Assembly (NCBI GenBank): GCA_964247055.1
Contig: OZ176054.1
Span: 8,184,001-8,248,000, forward strand
Source: Paragordius varius
Lineage: Eukaryota; Animalia; Nematomorpha
DNA length: 64,000 nucleotides
Direction of reading: 5' to 3'
Position numbers and translations under genes: made by a program. How positions within the stretch are numbered: the stretch's first letter is position 1; each line of letters begins with the position of its first letter. Below are positions 63,741-64,000 of the stretch, one piece after another. The notes beneath the pieces are model-generated. The model was given only the letters and a program-made list of their open reading frames with translations. It ran no database searches and was not told where the DNA came from.

Positions 63741-64000
63741 CAGATATGAAGTATTAGAATTATCATTATGAAATCGGTTATAGTTACGAGTGATTTAAGT
63801 TACATTTTTTTGGTAAGAGCTCTATAAATATAGAAAACGGCAAACAGCACATCTTGAAACAAACTTTCTTAATGTAGGCTAAATCCTTCGTTTCGAAAAT
63901 CACTAATATAACATAAACTAATAGCAAAACATATTTTCAATATTATCAATTTTTAGATGTGGGTTTTGAAAGTCCCAAACTTTTTGCTCTTCAGTTCTTT

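Overview
This is very AT-rich, intron-containing genomic DNA from an animal, most likely an invertebrate; the taxon cannot be assigned from this window. Most ORF-track entries are exon fragments or antisense shadows. Host genes reconstructed by hand, in order: the 3' part of an EGF/single-pass membrane protein gene (+, 1-2658), an intronless class A GPCR (-), a PLEKHM1-like RUN + Rubicon-homology gene (-, 7370-14561), a ~30-kb afadin/canoe gene (+, 19922-49614), a second intronless GPCR (+), an SNX5/6/32-like PX-BAR sorting nexin (-, 55801-59869) and a 59-aa SMIM30 microprotein (+) too short for the ORF track. Introns and intergenic DNA hold many DNA-transposon derivatives (fold-backs, MITEs, TTAA elements) and a LINE relic. 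The most striking observation is a Tc1/IS630-like element in afadin intron 1. Its transposase frame is open only if five 22-25-nt GT-AG introns are spliced, whereas host introns here are typically 60 nt or longer. A host gene (PLEKHM1-like) also appears to need a similar 23-nt intron. Other highlights are a 654-aa same-strand ORF inside the intron that splits the afadin PDZ domain, a 2.45-kb CAC..GTG fold-back with near-identical 917-bp arms, and SMIM30 starting 39 bp from the divergent SNX ORF. All gene models are manual and have not been validated against RNA.
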